Assembly: GCA_963776985.1 (NCBI GenBank)
Contig: CAVZOV010000002.1
Coordinates: forward strand, 1,058,338-1,122,337
Direction of reading: 5' to 3'
From: an uncultured Solirubrobacterales bacterium
GTDB lineage: Bacteria > Actinomycetota > Thermoleophilia > Solirubrobacterales > Solirubrobacteraceae
Length of the DNA stretch: 64,000 nt
The notes under the pieces were generated by a model. That model did no database searches, was not told the DNA's origin, and saw nothing but the letters and a program-made list of their open reading frames with translations. Within the stretch, counting starts at the first letter, position 1; every line of letters begins with the position of its first letter. Shown here in pieces: positions 35,993-44,867 of this stretch. The translations under genes were made by a program, and so were the position numbers.

Positions 35993-36988
35993 ATGGCTTC
36001 AACTAGCAGGACGCGTCCGATGAGGACGCGCTCAAGAGCGCAAACGCAGCCGGCAGAGCCGGACGCGTTGCCGCGCGGCCACGTAACTGAGATCCAGCGT
36101 GCCCGGATGCTTAGCGCGGCGGTCGAGGCGATCGAGGAAAACGGCTATGCACGACTCACGGTCGCGCAGGTGATCAACCGCGCAAAAGTCTCGCGCAAGA
36201 CGTTCTATGACTTGTTCGTCGATCGCGAGGACTGTTTTTTGGCCGTGTTCGAACGGACGCTTGAGCAGGTCAGGGCGAGGGTCATCGAAGCGTACGCACA
36301 GGAATCGTCGTGGCGTGAGGGTGTTCGGGCAGGCTTGGCGGCGCTGTTGATATTCATCGACGAGGAGCCTGAGCTTGCGCGGTTGTGCGTCGTGGATGCG
36401 CTCGGTGGAGGTCCGCGTGTACTGGAGATGCGTGCGCGCGTGCTTGCCGAATTGCGCTCGGTGATCGACGAAGGTCGCGGCGCCGCCACGACCAGACGCG
36501 AGCCTCCGAGCGTGACTGCCGAAGGCGTAATCGGTGCGGCATTTGCGGTGATCCACACACGTATGCTCGAACGCAGTTCCAAGCCCTACATCGGATTGCA
36601 CGGCCCACTCATGAGCATGATCGTGCTTCCCTACCTCGGGACGCGCGCGGCGAGTCGCGAACTGGCTCGCCCTGCACCACAGGTGCGCCGCCGCGCAAAG
36701 TCAGAGCGGGGTGTTGGCAAGGACCCGATGGCCGGGCTAGACATGCGCTTGACCTACCGGACCGTGCGTGTATTGAGTGCGATCAAGGAGCATCCACAGG
36801 CAAGCAACCGTGAAGTGGCAGACGGGGCTGGGATCGCCGACCAGGGCCAAATATCCAAGCTGCTGTCTCGCCTTGAGCGTCTCGACTTGATCGAAAACGT
36901 CGATCAGGCGCAGTCAAAGGGCGCGCCAAACGAATGGCGCTTGACGGCTCGCGGCGAGCGTGTCGAGAGGGCCACCAGACCGATGTAG
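35993..36988 (+). CDS. transcriptional regulator: TetR-type N-terminal HTH plus ligand-domain-sized middle, with a C-terminal MarR/ArsR-like winged helix
   Basis: TetR HTH: YARLTVAQVINRAKVSRKTFYDLFVDREDCF. C-terminal wHTH-like: LTYRTVRVLSAIKEHPQASNREVADGAGIADQGQISKLLSRLERLDLI. Confidence 0.65.
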   Translation: MASTSRTRPMRTRSRAQTQPAEPDALPRGHVTEIQRARMLSAAVEAIEENGYARLTVAQVINRAKVSRKTFYDLFVDREDCFLAVFERTLEQVRARVIEAYAQESSWREGVRAGLAALLIFIDEEPELARLCVVDALGGGPRVLEMRARVLAELRSVIDEGRGAATTRREPPSVTAEGVIGAAFAVIHTRMLERSSKPYIGLHGPLMSMIVLPYLGTRAASRELARPAPQVRRRAKSERGVGKDPMAGLDMRLTYRTVRVLSAIKEHPQASNREVADGAGIADQGQISKLLSRLERLDLIENVDQAQSKGAPNEWRLTARGERVERATRPM

Positions 36989-37024
36989 GAGCCATCTCGG
37001 GGTCGATACCCAACCGGCCTGTCC

Positions 37025-40000
37025 GTGCGGCGCGTCAGACAGCGCTTCGGATGGCCGTTGGCGGCCGTCCCGTCGCACACGCGCGGTCGGATCAGGGGGT
37101 GTGTATCAGAACCGGCGCCGCCGCACACAATCCCCCCATCCCGTCGACCGCTCGCAAGCCCAGCCTTGATTGCGACTCTCGCCACGACCGCGCTCGCGTC
37201 CGGGAGTGTCCTCGGGGCTGCGCTTGCGCTGTCCTGTGCGACCTCGACCACATGGCGCTTGAGGGCTCGTCGACGGCGACGCTACGTGCGTCTGAGCGTG
37301 GTCCCATACCGCGGCGACGATCCGACGGCTGAGGCGATCGTCAACATGTTCGAGGCGCTCCACAAGCGACTTCTGCGCCGCTGGTGGAGACGACTGCTCG
37401 ACGGCCAGCCGTCGATCGGTCTGGAGGTCCACTACGACCGCGAAGCATGGCTGTCGCTGACGTGTCCCGTCGGGCTGGAGTCGCTGGTCGAGGCCGCGCT
37501 GCGCAGCGCTTATACGAACTGCGTCGTGAGGTCAGCGACCCGTGAACCCGGGCCGCCTCCATGCGTGCTGCGCCTGAAGAAGCACGCTCCGTTCACCAAG
37601 CGAGCAAAGCGGATCGATCGCTTCGAGCACGATCGTGCGCCCGCCGTCAACCGCCTGATCACGACGATGGCGGCGTGTGCCTCGCCTGCGTTCGTGCAGA
37701 TTGCGTTGACGCCGACGCCAGCCCTCTTTGAGGGGCACTCCAAGCGTGCCTACAAGCGCCACGAGCACCATCTCTCGCGCGAGCGCAAGTTGCGCCTGCC
37801 GCCGCTCGACCGCTCGATGGTCGAGGACGAGGAGTTGAAGGGTGGCCTCGATGTGCAGCATCGTCCGCTGTTCTTCGCGGACATACGCATCGTGGGGCAG
37901 AGGCGGGAGGTGTGCGAGCGAATCGCCTCAGAGCTGCGTGCCGCATCCGCGGAGAACCGCATCGTGGAGCGCGGAACCCCCATCCGCCATGGCTGGCTGG
38001 GCCTGTACACGCGGCGGGTGCAGCGCGGCGAGGGTAACCCCTTGCCGTCGATTCGCAAGGGCGTCTTCGCCTCGACCGAGCTGGCGAGTATGTGGCACAT
38101 GCCCTCCGTCGACTACTCGACCGTGCCGTTCGCACGCAACCCACTGCCACTCGCACCCGCGCCGCCCGCGATCCTGCGTGTGCAGGAGGGAATCGGTGGC
38201 ACGCTGCGTGACATCTGCGGCCTCGTATCGATCCATCCTGGGCTGCGCCGCCAAAACACGGCTGTACCTGGGACCGTGGAGCAAGGCAAGTCGAGCTATC
38301 TCGTGGCGACGGTCGCCGAGGATCTACGGCGCGAGCGTTGCGCGGTGATTGTGCTCGACCCAAAGGGGGACGCGGCCGAGGCGGCGCTCAGCCTTGTGCC
38401 GCCCGAGCGCACGTGCACGCTGCTCGACTTCGCTCACCCCACATGCGGGTTCAACCCGCTGGCCGTGGATGCGCCGGCGGACACGATCGCCGACTACGTC
38501 GTCTCGGCGCTGAAGCATCTCTTCGATGATGGAGAAATCAAAGCCTCATCCGATCGCTATCTGCGCAACGCGATCATCGCGGTGCTGGCGTACGACCGTG
38601 CGAGCACGCTGTGGGACGCCGCACGGCTGCTGTCGGTGGGGGAGGAGGGCTATGCCTACCGCGCACGCGTGGCCGGACGACTGCGCACTCAGCCCGAGCT
38701 CAAGGAGATTTCAGAGTTTTTCACGGCGGAGCTTTCAGCTCAGCTGGCGGACGCGCGCGGTATGACCACAGCGAAGCTCGATGCCCCTGTCAACAAGCTT
38801 GCGCGGCTGCTCAACTCTCCCTCGATCAAGCGAGTGTTGCTGAACGATTCGTTGCAGGTCAGCTTCGACCGAGTGATCGAGGGTGCGGAGGTGCTCGTCG
38901 TGAAGGGCGCGCTTGGTGCGATGGGCGCTGGCAACACGAGCGTATTGATGCAATTGCTGATTGGAATGCTCGACGCGGCGCTCGCCCGCACTCAGGACGG
39001 GGTGGCGGCCGGGCAGCGCACGGCCGTCGCGCTGAAGGTGGACGAGGCTCCGCTCGTGCTCAACCGCGGCTTCGCCGAGACGATGGCGCTGAAGCGCTCC
39101 GCCGGCCTTGAGACGGTCGCCTGCTGGCAGACGGATTCCCAGTGGATCGATCGCGATGTACGCGCACAGCTCGACGCACTGTTCGCTCACCGCGTGTATT
39201 TCGCCACCGCCTCGGTGCGTGACGCGCGTGACGCGGCAAGCCTGACGATGGCGGAGTTCTCCGACACCGTACGTCCCGGCATCCGCAACCTGTCCGATCT
39301 TGGCCGTCCCGACGTGCGCTTGCATCTGCCGCGGCATAGCGCGATCGTCAGCTGGGTGACGCCCGAGGGGCGCCAGGCGCCATTCGTCGCGCACACGCTT
39401 CCGCTGCACATCGACGAGCAGCGGCTGGCACTGCACGCCTCCAGGCAGGTCGAGCGCGGAGGACGCTATCGCGAGGACCTCAGCCAGCCTCACTGGGAGC
39501 GCGAGACTAAATTGGACGGCGGCGACGCCGCAAAGTCGCCAGGGACCGAGCAAGCCCCACCGCCAAGCGGGTCGCCAACGATCGAGAAAGCCCTACCGCC
39601 AAGCGAAGCACTCCCGCCGACGGCGGCAGAGAGCTATCGCGAGCTGGTGGATCTCAGTGATGCCCAGAGCGTGCGTTGGGCCAAGAGCGCAAGCTCGCCG
39701 ACCACGCTCGACCCCGAACCGCTCGATATCGAGATACTTACGCTGATCGCCTCGATGCGGCACCTGCTGAGCAGCCAGATCCACCGTCGCTTCAACAGTG
39801 GTCGTGCCGCCACCACCACGCAACGTCGCCTCAAGCGTTTGTCGGACGCGGGCCTGGTGGCGCGCCTTCAGCTTCATCGCAAAGACGGCGGCGGCGTGCC
39901 GATGTGCTATTCGATCACACCCACAGGACTCGATCTTTGCGTCAAGCACGGCGGGTCGGCTATTAGGTCCATCGCGGGCGAGGAATTTCCCGGGAACGAC

Positions 40001-40762
40001 CCATCCCCTCCCCAATCCACTCCACGCAACGAAGAACGATTGCTGCAACAGGCCCGCCACGACGTTCGAGTAGCCGGCTGGGCACTGGCTGTGGAGGGCG
40101 CGCTTGCCAGCGGCCCGTGCGCATTGAGCGGTCCCGAGCATTCGCTCCTGACGCCGCCAACGCGCTCTAAGTCGGGTGAGCGGCGGATGGTGGGTCCCGT
40201 CGACCTATGTCTCCCGGGGGGTCGAACGCCCCACGGCTTCCTGCGCACGGTCGCCTCCGCTCAGAGAGTCGAGGTCGAGCACTTCCAGAGCGTGCGCCCC
40301 GATGCCACAGTGGCTCCCAGCGATGGGTACGAGCTGCTCGTCGAGCTTGACGATCGTCTGCCGGAGAATGCCGGTGCGGCAAAGCTCGAGCGCTACGACC
40401 ACTTTCTTGCCGGTTGGTCCACTGGGCTGCGACGCTATGCACGACCCGGAGCCGCGCTGCCGCTGGTGGTCTTCGTGTGTCGCGACCGGGCTCGCGCTCG
40501 CGAGTGCGCGCGCCGCGCCGACGGTGTGCTGACGGCCTGTAGGGCCTATGCCGGGGAGTATCCGTCGGACTGGGAGTACCCTGGCCGCGAACGGGTCGTG
40601 TTCGCGTCCGAGCGTGACGCACACGAGGGACTGCTGTGTGCTTGGGGTGTCGCTCGGCTGCCCCCTGAGGTGCGGGTCCCGGCTGCCTCAGGCGATCCCC
40701 GTGGGCGCGATCCGCTCGTAGAGTCGCGTGAGATCTGGAGCGGTCAATCGCCCCGAACGTGA
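37025..40762 (+). CDS. 1245-aa fusion: coupling-protein-like (TraD/VirD4- or HerA/FtsK-clade) P-loop ATPase plus a C-terminal Replic_Relax-like wHTH/nuclease-fold domain
   Basis: Walker A PGTVEQGKSS (about 38270-38296), Walker B ALKVDEAPLVL. C-terminal LTLIASMRHLLSSQIHRRF...RLKRLSDAGLVAR, then HD...RPDATV...LLVELDD...KLERYDHF, resembles the Replication-relaxation family as I recall it. GTG track start is uncertain. Confidence 0.6.
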   Translation: MRRVRQRFGWPLAAVPSHTRGRIRGCVSEPAPPHTIPPSRRPLASPALIATLATTALASGSVLGAALALSCATSTTWRLRARRRRRYVRLSVVPYRGDDPTAEAIVNMFEALHKRLLRRWWRRLLDGQPSIGLEVHYDREAWLSLTCPVGLESLVEAALRSAYTNCVVRSATREPGPPPCVLRLKKHAPFTKRAKRIDRFEHDRAPAVNRLITTMAACASPAFVQIALTPTPALFEGHSKRAYKRHEHHLSRERKLRLPPLDRSMVEDEELKGGLDVQHRPLFFADIRIVGQRREVCERIASELRAASAENRIVERGTPIRHGWLGLYTRRVQRGEGNPLPSIRKGVFASTELASMWHMPSVDYSTVPFARNPLPLAPAPPAILRVQEGIGGTLRDICGLVSIHPGLRRQNTAVPGTVEQGKSSYLVATVAEDLRRERCAVIVLDPKGDAAEAALSLVPPERTCTLLDFAHPTCGFNPLAVDAPADTIADYVVSALKHLFDDGEIKASSDRYLRNAIIAVLAYDRASTLWDAARLLSVGEEGYAYRARVAGRLRTQPELKEISEFFTAELSAQLADARGMTTAKLDAPVNKLARLLNSPSIKRVLLNDSLQVSFDRVIEGAEVLVVKGALGAMGAGNTSVLMQLLIGMLDAALARTQDGVAAGQRTAVALKVDEAPLVLNRGFAETMALKRSAGLETVACWQTDSQWIDRDVRAQLDALFAHRVYFATASVRDARDAASLTMAEFSDTVRPGIRNLSDLGRPDVRLHLPRHSAIVSWVTPEGRQAPFVAHTLPLHIDEQRLALHASRQVERGGRYREDLSQPHWERETKLDGGDAAKSPGTEQAPPPSGSPTIEKALPPSEALPPTAAESYRELVDLSDAQSVRWAKSASSPTTLDPEPLDIEILTLIASMRHLLSSQIHRRFNSGRAATTTQRRLKRLSDAGLVARLQLHRKDGGGVPMCYSITPTGLDLCVKHGGSAIRSIAGEEFPGNDPSPPQSTPRNEERLLQQARHDVRVAGWALAVEGALASGPCALSGPEHSLLTPPTRSKSGERRMVGPVDLCLPGGRTPHGFLRTVASAQRVEVEHFQSVRPDATVAPSDGYELLVELDDRLPENAGAAKLERYDHFLAGWSTGLRRYARPGAALPLVVFVCRDRARARECARRADGVLTACRAYAGEYPSDWEYPGRERVVFASERDAHEGLLCAWGVARLPPEVRVPAASGDPRGRDPLVESREIWSGQSPRT

Positions 40763-40936
40763 TGTTCCGCGAGAGTTTGGTGTGGGTCGAACGGGTCGCT
40801 TGCCGGTTGCCTGACATCGAGCGTCCGAGAGGAAAGGTTTGACAAAAATGCTTTGTTGCTGACAGCCCAAGCAATCCTATTTAGTTGAACATAGAGCGGT
40901 CATCGGAAACAATTTTGGAGGACTCCAGAGATTTTC

Positions 40937-40965
40937 TTGACACCGCAATGGGTGTGGCAAAGAAT
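40937..40965 (+). promoter_or_regulatory. sigma-70-like promoter motif TTGACA-N17-AAGAAT
   Basis: Perfect -35 hexamer, 17-nt spacer, 4/6 -10 hexamer. Lies in an ORF-free region. Confidence 0.35.
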
Positions 40966-41315
40966 GCGCGCCAGGCCCGTTCCGCGGGTCTGAATGACAC
41001 GGTTCTGGGACTTCTCTGACCAAGGACGGACGTCCCGAACCGGGCCAACCACCCCCGGAGGGCCGGCTGGCGTGGTCGCGCTGCCGGCGAAAACAACCCG
41101 GATAGGCTCGGCCTCCCAGTCGGTCCTTCAGACGGATGCCACAGCCCATTCGTGCGCGCTGGCGAGTGGTCCAGGGGGTCTGTATGCGCGGGCGCAATGA
41201 GTTCGGCGAAGGCCGCCTCGGGTGGATTGGTAGGTGTGATGTGTGTACCCGTAAGCGCAAGGCTGGAGCCAAACCGACAAGTCAGAGACAGGCTGATGGA
41301 ACTGTACGTATGGAT

Positions 41316-41344
41316 TTGACAATGCCCGAAGCGTTCGCGATGAT
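41316..41344 (+). promoter_or_regulatory. sigma-70-like promoter motif TTGACA-N17-GATGAT
   Basis: Perfect -35 hexamer, 17-nt spacer, 4/6 -10 hexamer. Lies in an ORF-free region. Confidence 0.35.
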
Positions 41345-41595
41345 GCGGCCGTCGTCAGCGCGCAGGCGGCATGGTCAGACCCGGGACGTCTCGCGGACTA
41401 GCGTCTCAGAGGCCGGCCAACCCTCACAGAGGGCCGACTGGGCGCGACCGTGACAGCCGGAGAAGGCCTCTCCTGGCTCCGGTCGCCGCCCCGGTCGGCC
41501 TGCCGGTCGATCTTTTTGGTAGGTAAACCGTGCCGCCGTCAGCCATCGCGGAATGCGGTTTCGGTTACCAGGTTGTTGACGTTGCCGTGTGTGCC

Positions 41596-41624
41596 TTGAC
41601 ACCTTTTCAACGCTGTGCAATTAT
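41596..41624 (+). promoter_or_regulatory. sigma-70-like promoter motif TTGACA-N17-AATTAT
   Basis: Perfect -35 hexamer, 17-nt spacer, 4/6 -10 hexamer. Lies in an ORF-free region. Confidence 0.35.
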
Positions 41625-41943
41625 CCCCTCTCGTCGAAGATACGGAATACAGATCGGAGCGCTGCCAATGGTTCGATCAGTCAACGTCAGACCTCGGTGT
41701 CTCCGGTGCTCGTCTAACCGAGTGTGAAGGAGTCAATACTTCCCAGGAACCGAATGGGCGGAGAAGGGAAGAGGGTTCGGATGCGCAGTCGCCCCCGCTG
41801 CGACCCCGAACAAGGCTCGGGCTGGCAGATGCGCCTCGTGCCGAGCACTGGGCCCGTGCGGTAGCGGCGGCATGACCTGAGCCGCGGTTGTCGCACGGGA
41901 CCCCCTATGGAGAGCGATCGGCCACGAGGCTGCGCTCGCGCTT

Positions 41944-42504
41944 CTACTGCTTGCACGCCTCGGCGTTCCACTCGATGCCGCTAAGCAGCACAGCTGGTCG
42001 GATGTCCAGCTTGAGTGCGAGCTTCAACACTGTGCGCAGGTTCGGTTCGCGCCGTCCGTTCTCATACACGCTGATCGCGGCGCGATCGACTTTGGCGTCA
42101 AGCGCAAGTCGCTCCTGGGAGATGCCGGTGCGCGCGCGAGCCCATTTTAGGTTGGCGCCGAATACCGCCGCCGGAGAACGGTCGGTGCGCTTGGCACGGC
42201 GCGGTCTGCTTCCTGGTGAGTCGCCCGCTCCTACGCCCCGCAGTAGATCGGTTGGTCTGACTCGCAGTGCCGCACATACCCGCAAGAGGGTCGGCATGTC
42301 CGGAGAGCGCTCGCCACACTCCATGCGACTGATTGCGGCCCGATCGATCGGGACGGGCGGTACCACCTGGGCTTCCGTGGCCGCTGACAGCTCGGCCTGC
42401 GTGTATCCCGCAAGTCCGCGCGCGCGTCGTAGGTTGGTACCAAACGCCCTGATCTGCTCGGAAATCTCCCCGCTGTCGGCTCCACCCATGAATACATAAT
42501 TCAC
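41944..42504 (-). CDS. XRE-family transcriptional regulator with two HTH_3 domains (paralogue of 10563-11060)
   Basis: FGTNLRRARGLAGYTQAELS... and FGANLKWARARTGISQERLALDAKVDRAAISVYENGRREPNLRTVLKLALKL. The second domain is near-identical in pattern to that of 10563-11060. Confidence 0.75.
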   Translation of the reverse strand: MNYVFMGGADSGEISEQIRAFGTNLRRARGLAGYTQAELSAATEAQVVPPVPIDRAAISRMECGERSPDMPTLLRVCAALRVRPTDLLRGVGAGDSPGSRPRRAKRTDRSPAAVFGANLKWARARTGISQERLALDAKVDRAAISVYENGRREPNLRTVLKLALKLDIRPAVLLSGIEWNAEACKQ

Positions 42505-42607
42505 GGCTGATTACAAAAGAGCCACTGAATAAACGCCACAACTACTTCCGGTCGACCATTTCGTGCTGTCGGTCGCGTTGCATCGGTCCAACCATCCGAC
42601 ATGGACC

Positions 42608-44098
42608 TCATCGGAGTAAGACTGGCCGTGGTTGGCGAAGGCGACCATATCGGCAGGAGTACTGGGGCGAGCGCTTGTGGACGGTCAGCGAACGCTCACG
42701 CCAACGAATGGCCGCAGCGCAACGTACTCGGCAACCTCGGTCAGGACGGGGGAGCTCGCGTGTCCGCTCGCTCACTACATACACGAAGCACAGCTCGACA
42801 AGGGCGTCGGCAGTGGCCTCCACCGCGATCGCCGTTGGGGGCTGATCGTTGGCGCTGAGTTCAAGTCCTGGCTCGAGCATCGCCGAGTAGGCACCTATCG
42901 CCTGATGGGCGGTGCTCGCCGCCTTGGGACTCGCCGTCAACGCGTCGATCAGTGCCAGATGTGCGTAGGCCGGCTCGGAGGCGAGGAACTCGAGCAGCGC
43001 GGCGATTCCCGCGCGCACGGCGGTCGGCCAGTCCTCCTGGGTTTCGTAGGCGCGCTCGACGATCCCCAGCGCCTTACGATGGCCGAGCTCGTAAGCCACG
43101 AGAAACGCGTCCTCCTTGCCGGAAAAGTGCTCGTAAAACGCTTGTACCGACACTGCCGCCTCCTGCACTATCTCGGGGATCGTGCTGGCGCCGTAGCCCT
43201 TCGCGGCCGATAGGTTCGCCAGTGCGTCGAGAATTCGCTCGCGCTGGTTGTGCACCACGAAGCTGCGCGAGACGTTGCCTTCGCCACGTGGCAATCCCCT
43301 GCGCTCGATCGCGCGCGAGCTGAGAGACAGCGTGCCCGGTGCCCGCCCACCGACTGGCACCGCTGCGCCACTGTCGCCGGTTGCCGGCTGTACCGGCATC
43401 GGGTTAGCGCCAAACTTGTAGCGGACCGCCCATCCGGCCACCTGCGGCGCGAGTGCCAGGAACTCGGCGCGTCGCGGTCGGCGTACGCGAGCGCCGCGTC
43501 GTGCCCTTGCGTACATGATCCGCAGGATCGCCCCGATGATGATTCTCGACAGCATCTCGCCATCGGCGGAACTCTCGCCAAGTGCCTCGCCGAGCGGACG
43601 CGCAAGCGCGTGCAACGTGCGCTCCCGCCGCTCGATGCCGGTCGGTCCCGCGGCCGTCAGCTCGACCGCGAGTACCCTCAGCGCCGCGGGGTTCTCTAGG
43701 GCCAGGTCGAACAGCTCGCCTACGAGCGCCTCGACCGTGCTGGAAGGATCGCCTGCACCTACTGTCCCGTCGGCGCTCGCTTCGTCGTTGTCCTCTGGCG
43801 TGCCGGTCGCCCGGTGAACCCGCTCCACCCATTCGTCTGCGATCTCGTCGCTGACGGCAAAGAAGCACGCTTGCTTGTCCTCAAAGTGCTCGTAGAAGGT
43901 CTTGCGCGACGCCACCGCCTTGGCGATCACATCGGCTACGACAGTCGCCGCGTAGCCCTGATCGCCCACGCTCGCGAGCATCGCCTGGACCATTCTGGCG
44001 CGGGGGTCAACCATGGCTTTCTTGCGCTTGCGTGCCTTTCGAGGTTCCCGTCGGCCGATTGGCGGCGGGTCGGCTGTAGGTTCGTCGGTCTTGTCCAC
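42608..44098 (-). CDS. duplicated TetR-family regulator (two complete TetR units in one 496-aa chain)
   Basis: Two TetR HTH blocks: YAATVVADVIAKAVASRKTFYEHFEDKQACF and YGASTIPEIVQEAAVSVQAFYEHFSGKEDAF. Each is followed by about 150-200 aa. Confidence 0.7.
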   Translation of the reverse strand: MDKTDEPTADPPPIGRREPRKARKRKKAMVDPRARMVQAMLASVGDQGYAATVVADVIAKAVASRKTFYEHFEDKQACFFAVSDEIADEWVERVHRATGTPEDNDEASADGTVGAGDPSSTVEALVGELFDLALENPAALRVLAVELTAAGPTGIERRERTLHALARPLGEALGESSADGEMLSRIIIGAILRIMYARARRGARVRRPRRAEFLALAPQVAGWAVRYKFGANPMPVQPATGDSGAAVPVGGRAPGTLSLSSRAIERRGLPRGEGNVSRSFVVHNQRERILDALANLSAAKGYGASTIPEIVQEAAVSVQAFYEHFSGKEDAFLVAYELGHRKALGIVERAYETQEDWPTAVRAGIAALLEFLASEPAYAHLALIDALTASPKAASTAHQAIGAYSAMLEPGLELSANDQPPTAIAVEATADALVELCFVYVVSERTRELPRPDRGCRVRCAAAIRWRERSLTVHKRSPQYSCRYGRLRQPRPVLLR

Positions 44099-44711
44099 TA
44101 ACCGACATTGTGACTACCAACGCCGATTGGTGCCAACTGCTCACTTTCGCGTCTAGCTCTTGTCAGGCGATTTTGAGCACAGTTTGACCTGGGAACGCCC
44201 ATAAATCTACCCTGTCTCACTGGCCGTAACCCCCTTTGTGTCTGCAGTTGCCCGCTCTATGCCCCGCGTCGGCCTGCAGTCGCCCGAGCATCGCGAATAA
44301 GGGCAACGGCGGCCGGCCGCCGGATTGTCGCCGCAATCGCCTGAGTTGCGTAGCGCAGTCGGGTACGTGTGCCTTCCTCGGCGCAAGCATGGCCTGTCAC
44401 GGGTGGCGTCTTTCCATGGATTGGCTAGGCTGGCCACCCCTTTCTTTCGCGTACCCACTGGCCGTATGCCCGGAACGGGCACCCATAGCTCGCTTCGGCG
44501 AGAGTCAGAGACAACCAATCTACGTCGCTGAGGTCTGCTCTGGCTGCCTACACGCACATTGGCGTTTGCGCTGGCGCCGAACCGGCTGTGCGCTAGATCC
44601 GCCACCCAGCTCCTGCTGTCTATCCGGTCCTCGCTCGGCCGATCTAGTCGATTCCCATCTGAGCGGATCCCGGCCAGCTTCCTCTTCTGCGTGCGGCCCG
44701 ATCGATGCCTT

Positions 44712-44744
44712 CCGAGACCCCCATAGGGGGGCTCGGAGTTTTCC
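44712..44744 (+). terminator. candidate intrinsic terminator hairpin
   Basis: CCGAGaCCCCC-ATA-GGGGGgCTCGG (5+5 bp around one mismatch) followed by AGTTTT. Lies in a 770-bp ORF-free region, 120 bp upstream of the next CDS. Confidence 0.4.
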
Positions 44745-44867
44745 ACTGATCCGCTTGCCGCTGCCCAGCGTCGCTTGACGGTTGCTCTGCGCGCGCCTAC
44801 AAGGCACGGCACACCGGCCAACCCGACAGCCGAGATATGCCGGGGTTTCGACCGCAAGGAGCGCACC

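Noticed and set aside
40826-40845. gagaggaaaggtttgac resembling the RNase P RNA GAGGAAAGTCC box
   Set aside because: Only a 7-8-nt match. None of the other conserved RNase P, tmRNA or SRP blocks could be found nearby.
40839-40867. A fourth TTGACA hexamer (40839-40844) as a promoter
   Set aside because: No acceptable -10 lies at 16-18 nt (ACAGCC/CAGCCC), so it is not listed with the other three.
44236-44778. 180-aa plus-strand ORF in the 770-bp spacer
   Set aside because: It has Cys/Arg/Pro/Ser-rich composition, no start context, and runs through a terminator-like hairpin. It is judged non-coding.
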